From Oscillospiraceae bacterium (lineage in GTDB: Bacteria > Bacillota > Clostridia > Oscillospirales > Ruminococcaceae), in contig JAGHIE010000005.1 in assembly GCA_017887325.1 (NCBI GenBank), positions 29,076-93,075 on the forward strand: a stretch of DNA of 64,000 nt. The letters are read 5' to 3'. The position numbers and the translations under genes were made by a program. This document shows, piece after piece, positions 1 through 10,566 of the stretch. The notes under the pieces are model-generated. The model ran no database searches. It was not told the DNA's origin and was given only the letters and a program-made list of their open reading frames with translations. Position 1 is the first letter of the stretch, and every line of letters begins with the position of its first letter.

Positions 1-1255
1 CTCTCTTACCATTTAAGTAAGTGTATTTTATTTTTCCTGTTAATTTTCTGCCTTTGTAAATAGCATTTTTTGCTTTAGAATGTAGTTTATTTTCATCAAC
101 TATCCATTCTTCATCTAGGTCAGCAATAGCAATATCTGCTACACTTCCAACACTCAAATCTCCACCTTCTACACCAAGTATATTAGCTGGATTTACACTC
201 ATAACTCTTACTAAATCTGATATTGTCATTTTACCAGTTTTTACTAAGTATGTATTGCTTGCAGAAAATGAAGTTTCCATTCCTATAACACCATTTGGAG
301 CTTTATAAAAATCAGCCTTTTCTTCCACTGCATGAGGTGCGTGGTCTGTAACTATACAATCTAGTGTACCGTCTATAACACCTTCTAAAATAGCTTTTAC
401 ATCATCATCTTCTCTAAGTGGAGGGTTCATTCTATAATTTGCATCTTTACTCAACACTTCTTTTTCTGTCAAACTAAAATAGTGTGGGCAAGTTTCTGCT
501 GTAACTTTAACACCTCTTTTTTTAGCTTCTCTTATAAGCTGAGTTGAAAGTTTTGTTGAAACATGAGCTATATGCACTCTACAATTATTTGTTTCTGCTA
601 ATATTATTTCTCTAGCTGTGATATAATCTTCACTACTTCTATGCATACCTTTAACATTTAGCTGCTTTGATACTTCTCCGTCATTAATTATGCCACCGTC
701 TATTATGTCTAAATCTTCACAGTGAGAAGTAACTAGCAAACCTTTTTCTTTTGCTTCTAATAATGCTTTTGTCATCATCTTAGCATTTTTTACGGGTCTT
801 CCATCATCTGATAAAGCTATAACACCACTTGCTTTTAACTCATCAAAATCACACATTTCTTGACCTTGTAAACCTTTTGAAATACAGCCTGTTATATAAA
901 CTTTAGCATTTGCATTTTTTGCTTTTTCTTTTATATATTCTACTGTTTCTTTGCTATCAATAGCAGGGTTTGTATTAGGCATACACAATAAACCAGTAAC
1001 ACCACCAGCACAAGCTGAATTACAACCTGTTATTATATCTTCTTTATGAGTAAATCCTGGATCTCTTAAATGAACATGCATATCTATAAATCCTGGCATT
1101 ACGCAAAGTCCACTAGCGTCTAAAACTTCATCAGCTGTATTAGATATATTTTTTTCAACTTTAACTATTTTGTCATCTTCGATTAATATATCCAAAACAT
1201 CATTTATATTATTTTTAGGGTCTACTACATTTCCACCTTTAATTAATACTGTCAC
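1..1255 (-). CDS. pyrC: Dihydroorotase, 3' end runs off the window
   Basis: Not in the ORF track. Manual translation from GTG at 1255 (RBS GGAGG upstream) gives MTVLIKGGNVVDPKNN...VMPGFIDMHVHLRDPGFTHKEDI, the HxH metal motif of type I DHOase; directly downstream of pyrR. Confidence 0.95.
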   Translation of the reverse strand, partial: MTVLIKGGNVVDPKNNINDVLDILIEDDKIVKVEKNISNTADEVLDASGLCVMPGFIDMHVHLRDPGFTHKEDIITGCNSACAGGVTGLLCMPNTNPAIDSKETVEYIKEKAKNANAKVYITGCISKGLQGQEMCDFDELKASGVIALSDDGRPVKNAKMMTKALLEAKEKGLLVTSHCEDLDIIDGGIINDGEVSKQLNVKGMHRSSEDYITAREIILAETNNCRVHIAHVSTKLSTQLIREAKKRGVKVTAETCPHYFSLTEKEVLSKDANYRMNPPLREDDDVKAILEGVIDGTLDCIVTDHAPHAVEEKADFYKAPNGVIGMETSFSASNTYLVKTGKMTISDLVRVMSVNPANILGVEGGDLSVGSVADIAIADLDEEWIVDENKLHSKAKNAIYKGRKLTGKIKYTYLNGKR

Positions 1256-1268
1256 AGCTCTATCCTCC

Positions 1269-1793
1269 TTATTCTATAATTAAAACTTGATTTATTCCGT
1301 CTCTTTCTTTCACAAAAACTTTTACTTTTTCAGCTTTTGATGTTGGTAAGTTCTTACCTATAAAATCTGGTCTAATAGGCAACTCTCTGTGTCCTCTATC
1401 AACTAATACAGCAAGTTGAATTAATTTAGGTCTGCCTCTATCCATTATGGCGTCTATTGCACTTCTAACACTTCTGCCTGTAAAAATAACATCATCAACT
1501 ATAATTACTTTTTTTTCGTTTATATCGAAAGGAATTTGTGTCTTTGAACAATAATTATCTTCTTTTTTCACATCATCTCTAAAGTTAGTTATATCAAGCC
1601 AACCTACAGGAACATTTTTTCCTTCTACTTGAGATATTTTTTCTGCAATTTTATTTGCTATTTCTACACCTCTTGAAAAAAGGCCTATTATGCAAATATC
1701 ATCTATTCCTTTATTACGCTCTATTATCTCATAAGAAATTCTAGCAATTATTCTATCCATTGATTTTTCATCTAAAATAACTTTTTGATTCAA
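1269..1793 (-). CDS. pyrR: Pyrimidine operon attenuation protein / uracil phosphoribosyltransferase PyrR
   Basis: PRPP motif VIIVDDVIFTGRSVRSAIDA and C-terminal LVDRGHRELPIRPDFIGKN; TTG start with GGAGG. Confidence 0.97.
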   Translation of the reverse strand: MNQKVILDEKSMDRIIARISYEIIERNKGIDDICIIGLFSRGVEIANKIAEKISQVEGKNVPVGWLDITNFRDDVKKEDNYCSKTQIPFDINEKKVIIVDDVIFTGRSVRSAIDAIMDRGRPKLIQLAVLVDRGHRELPIRPDFIGKNLPTSKAEKVKVFVKERDGINQVLIIE

Positions 1794-1832
1794 CTTGCAA
1801 CCTCCTCAAACTATATAAGTGGTTTTAAATGC

Positions 1833-1871
1833 AAAAAAGCTGACATCCCACCTTTAAGTAGTCTGTCAGCT
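1833..1871 (-). terminator. Attenuator terminator of the pyr leader
   Basis: Minus strand AGCTGACA...TGTCAGCT stem followed by a T run, upstream of the pyrR start. Confidence 0.8.
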
Positions 1872-1949
1872 CTCAAGATACTATAAAAAAACGCACAAAA
1901 TCCCCTTTGTACAATTTATATACATTAGTTATACACTTTTTAGCCGTTT

Positions 1950-1980
1950 CCTTATTAGCCTCACAGGACTAACTTAAAGG
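1950..1980 (-). promoter_or_regulatory. PyrR RNA binding loop
   Basis: Minus strand CCTTTAAGTTAGTCCTGTGAGGCTAATAAGG fits the PyrR site pattern (CUUUAA..AGUCC.G.GAGGCU..AAGG) in the pyrR leader. Confidence 0.9.
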
Positions 1981-1994
1981 TAATCTTTTTATAT

Positions 1995-2023
1995 ATTATA
2001 TCGAAATTTATCTTATTTGTAAA
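1995..2023 (-). promoter_or_regulatory. Sigma-A promoter of the pyr operon
   Basis: TTTACA-17 nt-TATAAT on the minus strand just upstream of the PyrR binding loop. Confidence 0.75.
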
Positions 2024-2170
2024 GCATATTTTTAAAATACATATTATTTTTTTAACTTTTTATATATAATATTAACTTTATTTGAAATATGTATATTTTT
2101 ATTGATATATGTTTACTTTTTTTGTTTATATGTTATATTATTAATATACTAAAACAAAAGGAGAGATTTT

Positions 2171-2491
2171 ATGGTTATAGACAGATTAAATGATGTAATG
2201 AATTATTTCTACTTTGCATTTATTCCAATTTATGCTTTATTTGCTTTAGTTGTTATTTTTTCTTTTATGGGATTTGTAAAAAAAGAAATTTTAAAATATT
2301 CCTTAGTGGTAAGTGGTGCTTCATGTCTTTCAATAATATCAATGGGATATTTTCTAGGAGTTTTAGGTGATAACCAAGCTGATTTAGGAATATGGACATC
2401 TCAATTATTAATATTATTAAGTATTTGTTGTGTATTATTTATTGTTCAAGCAATAAAGCTAATATCAATTCATATAAAATCTAAAAAATAA
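2171..2491 (+). CDS. Small hypothetical membrane protein, about 3 TM segments
   Basis: 106 aa hydrophobic ORF with RBS (AAGGAGAG) and a downstream terminator. Confidence 0.75.
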   Translation: MVIDRLNDVMNYFYFAFIPIYALFALVVIFSFMGFVKKEILKYSLVVSGASCLSIISMGYFLGVLGDNQADLGIWTSQLLILLSICCVLFIVQAIKLISIHIKSKK

Positions 2492-2520
2492 AAGTGTTGA
2501 GAAGTTTTTCTCAACACTTT
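2491..2520. terminator. Bidirectional intrinsic terminator
   Basis: AAAGTGTTGAGAA/TTCTCAACACTTT inverted repeat between convergent genes. Confidence 0.8.
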
Positions 2521-2526
2521 TTATTA

Positions 2527-4182
2527 TTATTCTTCAAAAACAGCTCCGTCAGATGCAGACATAACCATTTTTGAGTATCTTTTTAGATAACCTGATAATT
2601 CTTGTTTTGGAGCTTTAAAGTTATTTTTTCTTTCTTGTAACACTTCATCTGAAACTTTTAGCTCTAATTTTCTATTAGGAATATCAATACTAATAATATC
2701 TCCTTCTTCTACAAGTCCTATAACGCCACCTGCTAATGCTTCTGGAGATACATGTCCTATTGATGCCCCTCTTGTAGCACCTGAAAAACGTCCATCAGTG
2801 ATTAATGCAACTTTTTTATCAAGTCCCATACCAGCAAGTGTTGCAGTTGGAGCTAACATTTCTCTCATACCAGGTCCACCTTTTGGTCCTTCAAATCTAA
2901 TTACTACAACATCGCCTTCTTTAATCTCACCATTTAAAATAGCTTTTGAAGCATCTTCTTCACAGTCAAATACTCTTGCAGGGCCACTATGTACCATCAT
3001 TTCTTTATCAACAGCACCTTGTTTTACAACTGCTCCGTCTTTTGCTAAATTACCGAATAAAACAGCGATACCACCGTCTTTTCTTATTGGATTATCAATA
3101 GTGTGAATTATATCACCGTCTGGAATTCTAGCATCTTTCATACGCTCTTTTTGTAATCCTGTTACTGTTTGTAAATCATTTTTTATGTATCCACCTCTGT
3201 CTAGTTCTTTTAATACAGCTTGAATACCACCAAAGTTATTCAAATCTTCTATAAATACTTGACTAGCTGGATTTAACTTACAAATTTGTGGTGTTTTTTT
3301 ACTAACTACATCAACATCAGCAATGCTAATATCCACTTTTGCAGTTTTAGCAAGTGCTAATAAATGTAATACTGTGTTTGATGAACAACCTAATGCCATA
3401 TCACAAGCTAAAGCATTTTTGAAAGCATCTGCTGTAAAAATATCACTAGGTCTAATATCATTTTCTAACAACCACATTACTTGCTCTCCTGTTTCTTTTG
3501 CAAGTCTTAGTCTTTCTGAAGATACAGCTGAGCATGTAGCATTTTTTGGTAAAGACATACCAATAGCTTCTGTCAAACAGTTCATTGAGTTTGCTGTATA
3601 CATACCAGAGCAAGACCCACAAGTAGGACAAGCATTATTTTCAAAATCTTTTAAATTATCTTCTGTTAATTTTCCATTAGCATAAGCACCTACTGCTTCA
3701 AATACTTCTGATAAACCAACTTTTTTACCCATAACATTACCAGGACTCATAGGTCCACCACTAACAAATATACATGGTAAATTCATTTTTATAGCAGCCA
3801 TTAACATTCCTGGAACAATTTTATCACAGTTAGGAATAAATACAACTGCATCTACTGGATGGGCAGTAAGCATAACTTCTATACTATCGCAGATAAGTTC
3901 TCTTGAACACAAAGAATATTTCATACCTTTGTGATTCATTGCAATCCCATCACATACCCCTATTGTGTGGAACTCAAAAGGAACTCCTCCTGCATTTCTT
4001 ATTCCTGCTTTAACATTTTCAGAAATTTTGTCCAAATGCATATGACCTGGAACAAAATCACTTTTAGCACTTACAACAGCAACAAAAGGTCTTTTCATTT
4101 CGTTGTCTGTTATCCCCAAAGCTTTTAACAATGACCTATGTGGTGTTCTTTCTGGTCCTTGTTTAATTAAATCACTTCTCAT
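2527..4182 (-). CDS. ilvD: Dihydroxy-acid dehydratase
   Basis: Motifs [54 protein letters not shown]. Confidence 0.97.
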   Translation of the reverse strand: MRSDLIKQGPERTPHRSLLKALGITDNEMKRPFVAVVSAKSDFVPGHMHLDKISENVKAGIRNAGGVPFEFHTIGVCDGIAMNHKGMKYSLCSRELICDSIEVMLTAHPVDAVVFIPNCDKIVPGMLMAAIKMNLPCIFVSGGPMSPGNVMGKKVGLSEVFEAVGAYANGKLTEDNLKDFENNACPTCGSCSGMYTANSMNCLTEAIGMSLPKNATCSAVSSERLRLAKETGEQVMWLLENDIRPSDIFTADAFKNALACDMALGCSSNTVLHLLALAKTAKVDISIADVDVVSKKTPQICKLNPASQVFIEDLNNFGGIQAVLKELDRGGYIKNDLQTVTGLQKERMKDARIPDGDIIHTIDNPIRKDGGIAVLFGNLAKDGAVVKQGAVDKEMMVHSGPARVFDCEEDASKAILNGEIKEGDVVVIRFEGPKGGPGMREMLAPTATLAGMGLDKKVALITDGRFSGATRGASIGHVSPEALAGGVIGLVEEGDIISIDIPNRKLELKVSDEVLQERKNNFKAPKQELSGYLKRYSKMVMSASDGAVFEE

Positions 4183-4299
4183 AATAAAAGTCCCCCTCTT
4201 TTATACTTTTTAGTAAAATTTTATCACAAAAGAAAAAATATATCAAATAAATTTTTATACAAAAAAATCCTAATGATTTTTTATCATTAGGATTTCAAT

Positions 4300-5115
4300 T
4301 TATTTTATAATTTTCTTAACAAATTCTATTGCATTATCGTATTTTTTCAATACTTTTTTATCAACATCTGAAATTGCATTAACATCTCTAACAACAAGAT
4401 ACATATCTTCGTATCCTACGATATTTTTAAATCTTTCATCATCTTTTAATAGATACTTATCACCTTGTACTGATGAATTAGTAGAATACTTTGTTAAATC
4501 TTCAAATATTACCCCTTGTTCTTTAAGCATATTGTATACATCATCATTTACTATATAAATTATATCTTCTACGCTTGAAATACTTGCTGTATATTTTGCC
4601 ATACCAGCTTGTATAACCATTGTGTCCATGTCTTCACCTATTCTAATATCTGACAATAAAAATTCTACTTTTCCGTCAGAATTAGCATCGATAGTAAGCT
4701 CTTTCATACTATTTTCAAATTCATCAATTTCAGTTTGAGGAGTAGTATAACCTTCAGATGAAATAATCATTACAGTTAAATCGTATTCTTTTTTAGTTAC
4801 TACATCATGTATTACCCATACACTTAAACCGACAACTGCAACAACAAGTAATACTGTTAACTTATAGTGATACCAGAAATTATCCCATTTACCTTTAAAA
4901 GTTGTAGGTTTCTCTACTTTTCTATCTAAATGGACTTTTTGAAAAATTTCTTCTTTTTCTTCAGCAGTAGCATTGCTCAAAGCTTGTCTTGCCCTTTTTA
5001 TCGCAACTTCTCTACGCCTTTTAGCCTTTGCTATTTCTTCTGCAGTCATAGGTCTTTTTTGAGTATTATTATTTTTTTCTTCATCAGTATTTTTATTTGT
5101 TGTATTCTCAGCCAT
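4300..5115 (-). CDS. Hypothetical protein with one TM helix and a probable extracytoplasmic domain
   Basis: 271 aa; charged N-terminus, then KWDNFWYHYK and a hydrophobic helix. Confidence 0.8.
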   Translation of the reverse strand: MAENTTNKNTDEEKNNNTQKRPMTAEEIAKAKRRREVAIKRARQALSNATAEEKEEIFQKVHLDRKVEKPTTFKGKWDNFWYHYKLTVLLVVAVVGLSVWVIHDVVTKKEYDLTVMIISSEGYTTPQTEIDEFENSMKELTIDANSDGKVEFLLSDIRIGEDMDTMVIQAGMAKYTASISSVEDIIYIVNDDVYNMLKEQGVIFEDLTKYSTNSSVQGDKYLLKDDERFKNIVGYEDMYLVVRDVNAISDVDKKVLKKYDNAIEFVKKIIK

Positions 5116-5137
5116 AACAAACTCCTTTACTTATCAC

Positions 5138-6754
5138 TTATTTTTGAAGAACTCTTTCAACACTCCAATAAAAATTATCTTCACCAACACAGTCAACTAT
5201 TCCACTACGCATCATTATTTCTTTTACATTATCTGCAACGCCACAAACATATACAGGAATATTATTTTCTTTAATATCTGTAACTAACTCTAAAAATGCT
5301 TGAGCACCTGAGATATCCATATAAGAAGTCCCTCTCATAGAAAAAATCACTACAGATTTATCTTTAAAATGATTTGCCATATCTATAATCATATCTGTAT
5401 TTGCAAATATGATACTTCCAGTTATATAAACAACTTCTGCATTATCATATACTGAAGATAAAGGACCACTTAGATTTTTCAATCTATCTGGGTGTACGCT
5501 ATCATATTGTATATCTAATTTTGATACTCTAACTACTAACAATATTAATGCTACCACAACACCTATTACAATTGCAACTGTTAAATCAAATACTATAGTT
5601 GCAATCATTGTGACTACAAATTTTAATATAGCACCTTTAAATTTTCCTGTAAATATATATTTTATTGTAGCCCAATCATTCATTCTCCATGCTGTTACAA
5701 GTAATACACCTGCAAGTGCACATAGTGGAATTTTAGCCATAATTGGACCTAAAACAAGCATTGAAATAAGTAAAACAATTGCATGAATCATTCCTGTAAG
5801 ACGAGTTTGTGCTCCTGATTTTACAGCAACACTTGTACGAGCAATAGCTGCTGTTGCTGGTATACCACCAAATAATGGTGATAAAATATTTCCAACACCT
5901 TGAGCTATAAGTTCTCTGTCACTATTAAGTCTAATACCAGTCATTCTTGCTGCACTTGCACCACATAATAAACTTTCAACCATTCCTAAAGCTGCAATAC
6001 TAATAGCTGGAGCTACTAGTCCTTGAATATTATAAAAATTTAGTCCTGAAAAAGAAAATCTATCTTCTAATATTAAAGATGATGGTATTTTTCCAACACT
6101 TACAACATCTAAAGATAACACCATAGCAATAATTGTTGCTAATATTATTCCAACAAGAGAAGAAGGTACTACAGCATTCCATTTTTTAGGATACACAATC
6201 ATTAATAAAATAACAAATAAGCCTAATAAAACAGATGTAACATTAACTGGAAATCCTACTGTAAAATAGCTTATTACTTTTTCGATAGCAGAATCTCCCT
6301 TAGATGTAACTCCAAAGAAGTTATCCAATTGACCTAATGCTATTATAACAGATATTCCTGAAGTAAATCCTGTTATTACTGGCATAGGAATATAAGCTGT
6401 AATATGTCCTATGTGGAATATACCTGCCAATACAAGTAGTATTCCAGCCATAACTGTCGCTACAAACACACCTGACATGCCATATTGTGCAACTATTGAC
6501 ATTAATATTGCTGCCATTGCACCTGTTGGTCCTGAAATTTGATAAAAAGCTCCTCCTAAAAGACTTATTACAAAACCAGCTATAATAGCTGTTAACAAGC
6601 CAGATGCAGCTGTCGCACCACTACCAACACCAAAAGCCAACGCTAGTGGTAATGCCACAGCCGCAACTGTTATACCTGCCATTAAGTCCTTTACAAATTT
6701 GTTCAAGTTATAACCTGCAAATTCTTTTTTCAAATCTTGCACATAACTTTTCAC
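5138..6754 (-). CDS. SulP/SLC26 family anion permease with STAS domain
   Basis: DLMAGITVAAVALPLALAF, QISGPTGAM, NILSPLFGGIPATAAIART and STAS motif YMDISGAQ. Confidence 0.93.
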   Translation of the reverse strand: MKSYVQDLKKEFAGYNLNKFVKDLMAGITVAAVALPLALAFGVGSGATAASGLLTAIIAGFVISLLGGAFYQISGPTGAMAAILMSIVAQYGMSGVFVATVMAGILLVLAGIFHIGHITAYIPMPVITGFTSGISVIIALGQLDNFFGVTSKGDSAIEKVISYFTVGFPVNVTSVLLGLFVILLMIVYPKKWNAVVPSSLVGIILATIIAMVLSLDVVSVGKIPSSLILEDRFSFSGLNFYNIQGLVAPAISIAALGMVESLLCGASAARMTGIRLNSDRELIAQGVGNILSPLFGGIPATAAIARTSVAVKSGAQTRLTGMIHAIVLLISMLVLGPIMAKIPLCALAGVLLVTAWRMNDWATIKYIFTGKFKGAILKFVVTMIATIVFDLTVAIVIGVVVALILLVVRVSKLDIQYDSVHPDRLKNLSGPLSSVYDNAEVVYITGSIIFANTDMIIDMANHFKDKSVVIFSMRGTSYMDISGAQAFLELVTDIKENNIPVYVCGVADNVKEIMMRSGIVDCVGEDNFYWSVERVLQK

Positions 6755-6986
6755 TTTAAAATCTCCCTTCTTATTTTAACAAAATGTTATTTGAGGTAGT
6801 ATAAAATTATAATTATATTTTTTTAAATAATTTTAAATTTTATAAAGTAAACCCCAATTATACATATAAATGATACACTATATCTATAATTTAGTCAAAT
6901 ATTTTTAACTTTATGTTCAATAAAAAAGAGATAGTAATAAAACTATCTCTTTTTTATAATTATTTATTGTTTAAAATATATTAAGT

Positions 6987-7469
6987 TTATGCTAAAACTT
7001 TCCCTTCTGGAAATAAACTACGAAATACTTTTCTAACAATTGGACCAGCTATCAATAATTGTAATGGAACTGCCATTATAAAGTTTCGTGGAATATTAAT
7101 AATCCACCCCATAAAAATTCCACCCCAATTACCTGTATGAAAAGCTCCTTCAACAGCACCATATAAAGACATAATAATAACCATTGGAATAGCCATACAA
7201 CAAGAAATACAAATAATCTTTTTTATCATACTGTCTTGTGGCTTAACTAAAAATTTAAAAGCAACCCCTTTAGCTAATTTTGATACAATAAACCAATCAC
7301 AAATCATTGCAAATACATAAGCAATAGGAAAACCTATCCAAGAAGCTATTAAAACTTCTAAATTAAATGTGCCATATTGAAGAATAACATTGTATGTTCC
7401 CATCCAAAAAACCATAAAAAAGCACATCATTACAGTATAAATTAAACTTTCTCTTTTATTTTGTGGCAT
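6987..7469 (-). CDS. DUF2798-like membrane protein
   Basis: MPQNKRESLIYTVMMC N-terminus and NFIMAVPLQLLIAGPIVR C-terminus typical of the family (recognised by eye). Confidence 0.75.
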   Translation of the reverse strand: MPQNKRESLIYTVMMCFFMVFWMGTYNVILQYGTFNLEVLIASWIGFPIAYVFAMICDWFIVSKLAKGVAFKFLVKPQDSMIKKIICISCCMAIPMVIIMSLYGAVEGAFHTGNWGGIFMGWIINIPRNFIMAVPLQLLIAGPIVRKVFRSLFPEGKVLA

Positions 7470-7636
7470 AAATTTTCTCCTTCCAAAACTATAAAATATA
7501 TTATATTTAACCCTTACTTAATATATTTTATCAAAAAAAATTTTTTCGTGTAAGCATTTTTTTCTTCTGAAAAAAGAGAAAATATCTGTTAAAAAACTTC
7601 AAAAACTAGATATTTTTACCATTATAAAATATCATT

Positions 7637-8329
7637 TTAAGCATTTTGTCTTTCATACATTTTCTGCCAACTTATATAACCATAAATATCGTTTATCAAA
7701 AATGCAATAAAACATATCACAACAGATAAATACTCAATGTTATCAATTGTAACCATAGTCCACAACACAATTAATATAATATCATTAACAGCATAACCTA
7801 TTGCATAATATGAACTTCTTCTAAAAGTCAAATAAACTGCAAGAAAGCTAGTAGTAACTGAAAGTGTACTTGGTGCAATATTTGCAGTATTAAAAGCTTT
7901 TAAAATAAAATAGAATATAACAGTAACTATAACTGACAATAAAATCATAAATGCAGTTTCTTTTAGGCTTATAGTATTAACAGTTACTTCTGATTTATTT
8001 CCTTTATAAGGATTTTTAATCCATGATATCAGCGAAAATAAAGCCATTGGAGCTGTCATACCAAGATAAGTTATCATTTCTCCATAATAAGCACAAGTTA
8101 ATGATATTATTCCATATAAAACACTAAAAATTATCATTAAAATTTGGCCAAAAGGATTTCCCTTTGCACAAAATATCAATGATGTCCCTCCAATAACAGA
8201 AGCTAATAGCATAAGATAATTTTCTCTATCAAATATTAAAAATGAGCCTATAACAAATATCATTGTTAGTGACCATAAAGCAATTTCACCTTTTGAAAAA
8301 TAGTCCATATAATATTTTACTTTCTTCAT
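7637..8329 (-). CDS. pnuC: PnuC-family (nicotinamide riboside type) vitamin transporter
   Basis: Multi-TM protein with AKGNPFGQ, YYGEMITY, RRSSYYAIGYAVND and YGYISW motifs. The substrate cannot be fixed from sequence. Confidence 0.8.
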   Translation of the reverse strand: MKKVKYYMDYFSKGEIALWSLTMIFVIGSFLIFDRENYLMLLASVIGGTSLIFCAKGNPFGQILMIIFSVLYGIISLTCAYYGEMITYLGMTAPMALFSLISWIKNPYKGNKSEVTVNTISLKETAFMILLSVIVTVIFYFILKAFNTANIAPSTLSVTTSFLAVYLTFRRSSYYAIGYAVNDIILIVLWTMVTIDNIEYLSVVICFIAFLINDIYGYISWQKMYERQNA

Positions 8330-8441
8330 TTTAACCTCCCAAAAATATAAGCGTTTGAATGCACATCTTCAAAGACCTAACGATGTACAAGCAAACGCTT
8401 ACGCATTCTACTACCCGGTGGCAGTGTTATATATTCTTATA

Positions 8442-9944
8442 TTATTTGTCTAAAGGTTTCATTGTTGGGAATAATAAAACATCTCTGATAGCAGAGCTAT
8501 TTGTTAATAACATACACATTCTATCAATACCAAAACCGATACCACCTGTTGGAGGCATACCAATACCTAAAGCATTTAAGAAGTCTTCATCTGTTGTATT
8601 AGCTTCATCATCACCTTGAGCTAATAATTCTTCTTGAGCTTTAAATCTTTCTCTTTGGTCGATAGGGTCATTTAATTCTGAATAAGCATTAGCCATTTCC
8701 CAACCATTCATAAAGAACTCAAATCTTTCTGTATATTCTGGGTTTTCTGGTTTTCTCTTTGTTAATGGAGAAATTTCGATTGGGTGATCCATTACAAATG
8801 TTGGTTGAATTAAATGTTTTTCAGCATATTCTTCGAAGAATAAAGCAAGTATATCACCTTTTTTATGACGTTCTTCAAATTCAATGTGATGTTCTTTTGC
8901 CAATTCTCTAGCTTTTTCTAATGAATCAACTTCATTCCAGTCAATACCAGCGTATTTTTTAACAGCATCAACCATAGTAATTCTTTCAAAAGGTTTTCCT
9001 AAATCCATTTCGATTCCGTTATAAACAATTTTAGTTGTTCCTAAAACTTCATTTGCAACATAACGGTACATATTTTCTGTTAAATCCATCATGCCATTAT
9101 AGTCTGTATATGCTTGGTATAATTCCATTAATGTAAATTCTGGGTTATGTCTTGTATCAAGACCTTCATTACGGAATACACGACCTATTTCATATACTCT
9201 GTCCATACCACCAACGATTAATCGTTTTAGATATAATTCAAGAGAAATACGAAGTTTGAAATCTTCATCTAAAGCATTAAAATGTGTTTCAAAAGGACGA
9301 GCAGCAGCACCACCTGCATTAGCAACAAGTATAGGTGTTTCTACTTCCATAAAACCTTGTGTATCTAAATATCTTCTTATAGCTGTTAAGATTTTAGAAC
9401 GTTTAACAAATGTATCTTTAACTTCTGGATTTACTATTAAATCAACATATCTTTGACGATAACGAGTATCTGTATCTTTTAAACCATGCCATTTTTCAGG
9501 TAATGGAACTAAAGATTTTGATAATAATTTAGCGCTTTCAGCTTTTACAGAAATTTGTCCTTTTTGTGTTCTAAATACAACACCTTCTATACCAACAATA
9601 TCACCGATATCATATTTTTTAAACCAAGTATAGTCTTCGTCACCTATATGGTCTTTACGAACATAAGATTGGATTCTACCTGTTTTATCTTGAACATCAA
9701 TAAAACTAGCTTTACCCATATCACGTTTTGACATAATTCTACCAGCAATTCTAACCATTTTGCCTTCGTATTCATCAAATTTTTCATTTATATCTAAAGC
9801 AAAATCTGTAACATCATATACAGTTTCTTGATAAGGATCTCTGCCAGCTTCTTTTAATGCGTCTAATTTTTCTCTACGAACTTTTAATAATTGGCTTAAA
9901 TCCTCTGTTTCTTGCACTTGTGGATTTTGTTGATTTTCGCTCAT
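8442..9944 (-). CDS. lysS: Lysine--tRNA ligase (class II)
   Basis: [50 protein letters not shown]. Confidence 0.98.
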   Translation of the reverse strand: MSENQQNPQVQETEDLSQLLKVRREKLDALKEAGRDPYQETVYDVTDFALDINEKFDEYEGKMVRIAGRIMSKRDMGKASFIDVQDKTGRIQSYVRKDHIGDEDYTWFKKYDIGDIVGIEGVVFRTQKGQISVKAESAKLLSKSLVPLPEKWHGLKDTDTRYRQRYVDLIVNPEVKDTFVKRSKILTAIRRYLDTQGFMEVETPILVANAGGAAARPFETHFNALDEDFKLRISLELYLKRLIVGGMDRVYEIGRVFRNEGLDTRHNPEFTLMELYQAYTDYNGMMDLTENMYRYVANEVLGTTKIVYNGIEMDLGKPFERITMVDAVKKYAGIDWNEVDSLEKARELAKEHHIEFEERHKKGDILALFFEEYAEKHLIQPTFVMDHPIEISPLTKRKPENPEYTERFEFFMNGWEMANAYSELNDPIDQRERFKAQEELLAQGDDEANTTDEDFLNALGIGMPPTGGIGFGIDRMCMLLTNSSAIRDVLLFPTMKPLDK

Positions 9945-9968
9945 TTTCTATTTACTCTCCCTTTAAAA

Positions 9969-10448
9969 TTATTTACTTATTTCAATAATTTCATATTGAA
10001 TAATTCCACTTGGAACTTCAGCATCTACTATATCACCTTGTTTATGACCTAAAACAGCTTTACCTACAGGTGATTCGTCTGAAATTTTCTTTTTAAGTGG
10101 AGATGCTTCTGTTGAACCAACAATTTTAAAAGTATCTACTTTGTCATTTTTTAAATTTTTTAGTGTAACTGTACTACCAACTGATACGCTGTCAGTTGAG
10201 ATTTCATCTTCATTAACAACTTCAACATTTACTAAAATTGCTTCTAACTCGCTAATTCTAGCTTCTACCATAGCTTGTTCATTTTTAGCTTCATCATATT
10301 CACTGTTTTCAGATAAGTCACCAAATGATAAAGCTACTTTAATTTTTTCTGATACTTCTTTACGCTTAATAGTTTTTAAGTATTCTAATTCATTCTCTAA
10401 ATTAACTAAACCCTCTTTTGTTAATCTTAAAACTTTATTATATGCCAC
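9969..10448 (-). CDS. greA: Transcription elongation factor GreA
   Basis: GDLSENSEYDEAK and ISDESPVGKAVLG; usual position before lysS. Confidence 0.97.
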   Translation of the reverse strand: MAYNKVLRLTKEGLVNLENELEYLKTIKRKEVSEKIKVALSFGDLSENSEYDEAKNEQAMVEARISELEAILVNVEVVNEDEISTDSVSVGSTVTLKNLKNDKVDTFKIVGSTEASPLKKKISDESPVGKAVLGHKQGDIVDAEVPSGIIQYEIIEISK

Positions 10449-10566
10449 AACTATATCCTCCTAATTCTGAATGACGCAAAAATACTACATCAAAACAGCT
10501 TAATATTTTTATTATATTGTATGAATGTATCAATTGTCAATACTATTGAATATTATCCATATATTT

